A stretch of 38,004 bases of DNA from a virus (taxonomy: Duplodnaviria > Caudoviricetes). The stretch lies in IMG/VR virus record IMGVR_UViG_3300022307_000006, positions 1 through 38,004 of that record, one strand, 5' to 3'. A model generated the notes under the pieces. The model was not told where the DNA came from and made no database searches. It worked only from the letters and a program-made list of their open reading frames with translations. The position numbers were made by a program, and so were the translations under genes. Each line of letters begins with the position of its first letter. The stretch's first letter is position 1. Positions 37,186 through 38,004 of this stretch are shown here, piece after piece.

Positions 37186-37841
37186 TCTTCTTCTTCATCT
37201 TCAATTTCTTCTATGTTGTCTGATCCAATATTAGAAAGATAATCCGACATTATACGTTTACAGTGTCCAAGAACACGCCATATCTCTTTATCAATTAACT
37301 CTCTTACTCTTGTTATTACTTCAGAATCATCAACTTTACAAATACTACATATTTCAGGTGACAGTTTTGTCCCTATTGGAATTAGTTGACTGGAATCAAC
37401 AGACCAAAGTTTATTAAATACTTGTGCAACAGTTTTCTTATTTACAAGTTCTCCACGTAATTTTTTATTTTTTATTTGTTTTTCTCTTATTGCTTCACGC
37501 TCTTTTAGATTTCGTAAAAAACTAAAATCGTTTATATTATCTATATCTTCTTCAGGCGTATCTAAATCGTTTTTTGCTTTATATTTTGATTTAGTTTTAC
37601 GTGCAGTTTTTGATTTAGTTTTCTTTTGTGGTGTTCTTTTATCACCACATTGTGTGTTTGTTAAAAAAGCCTGAATACCGTTTAAATTCGTTTCATCTGC
37701 TAAATCGTATTTTCCTTTATATTCACCTTTTTTAATTTTAATGAGAAGACCTTTTTGTTCGGCTGTCCGTATTGTTTTCTCCGAAACCCCGCACCTTTTG
37801 GCTAATCCTCTACCGGAATAAACGTTCTGTTTTTTAGGCAT
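37182..37841 (-). CDS. Terminase small subunit (Nu1-like)
   Basis: N-terminal HTH LAKRCGVSEKTI; RGELV motif; ATGA overlap with terL. Confidence 0.85.
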   Translation of the reverse strand: MPKKQNVYSGRGLAKRCGVSEKTIRTAEQKGLLIKIKKGEYKGKYDLADETNLNGIQAFLTNTQCGDKRTPQKKTKSKTARKTKSKYKAKNDLDTPEEDIDNINDFSFLRNLKEREAIREKQIKNKKLRGELVNKKTVAQVFNKLWSVDSSQLIPIGTKLSPEICSICKVDDSEVITRVRELIDKEIWRVLGHCKRIMSDYLSNIGSDNIEEIEDEEEE

Positions 37842-37898
37842 TAAATTTCCTTTTGCGTACTTAAATTGCGTATATGTTTTAAAGTGCGGAATTTATGA

Positions 37899-37973
37899 CT
37901 GTGGCAAAATATTCACACTGTGGCAAAATATTCACACATACTGAATATTTGCGACTGTGGCAAAATCTTCACA
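37899..37973. repeat. Three copies of a 19-bp direct repeat CTGTGGCAAAAT(A/C)TTCACA upstream of terS
   Basis: Copies at 37899-37917, 37918-37936 and 37955-37973; partial inverted copy TGAATATTTGC at 37942-37952. Confidence 0.9.
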
Positions 37974-38004
37974 CTAGTTTTTTTCTGCCTGGCGCGAACA
38001 ACCT

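Noticed and set aside
37991-38004. GGCGCGAACAACCT resembling lambda cosN GGGCGGCGACCT
   Set aside because: Similarity is weak, the orientation relative to terS is opposite to lambda, and the flank is cut off by the window end
1-38004. Stop-codon reassignment, introns or inteins
   Set aside because: Core genes are intact and of expected size under the standard code with dense packing; no intein or homing-endonuclease motifs seen in PolA, helicase or TerL

Overview
AT-rich genome fragment of a tailed dsDNA phage (Caudoviricetes), probably a myovirus, in two converging arms. The + strand arm (1-13434) is early/replication. It begins with at least three tandem paralogous genes built from a 21-bp/7-aa repeat (G-D/N-L-x-x-V/I-x), followed by a radical-SAM-like CX3CX2C protein. 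Then come an HD phosphohydrolase, a dATP/dGTP diphosphohydrolase-like protein, an amino-DNA methyltransferase, a Cas4-like nuclease, an SF2 helicase, an SSB-like protein, a family A DNA polymerase with an atypical motif B, a RuvC-like resolvase and a GH25-like putative endolysin. The - strand arm (37841 down to 13408) is morphogenesis. It has a lambda-like head module (terminases, gpW-like, portal, S49 protease/scaffold, decoration, gpE-like capsid) and a Mu-like contractile tail (sheath, tube, chaperone with a -1 frameshift, tape measure, gpN/gp44-48-like baseplate). Unusual points are a GC-rich head-fibre-like insert between portal and protease, a carbohydrate-binding module inserted in baseplate J, an Asp-box propeller fused to the gp48-like protein, a terminal HEXXH lipoprotein, and 19-bp repeats upstream of terS. 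I saw no integrase, primase, reverse transcriptase, PurZ, tRNA or CRISPR array. All family calls come from motif recognition by eye, with no database searches.
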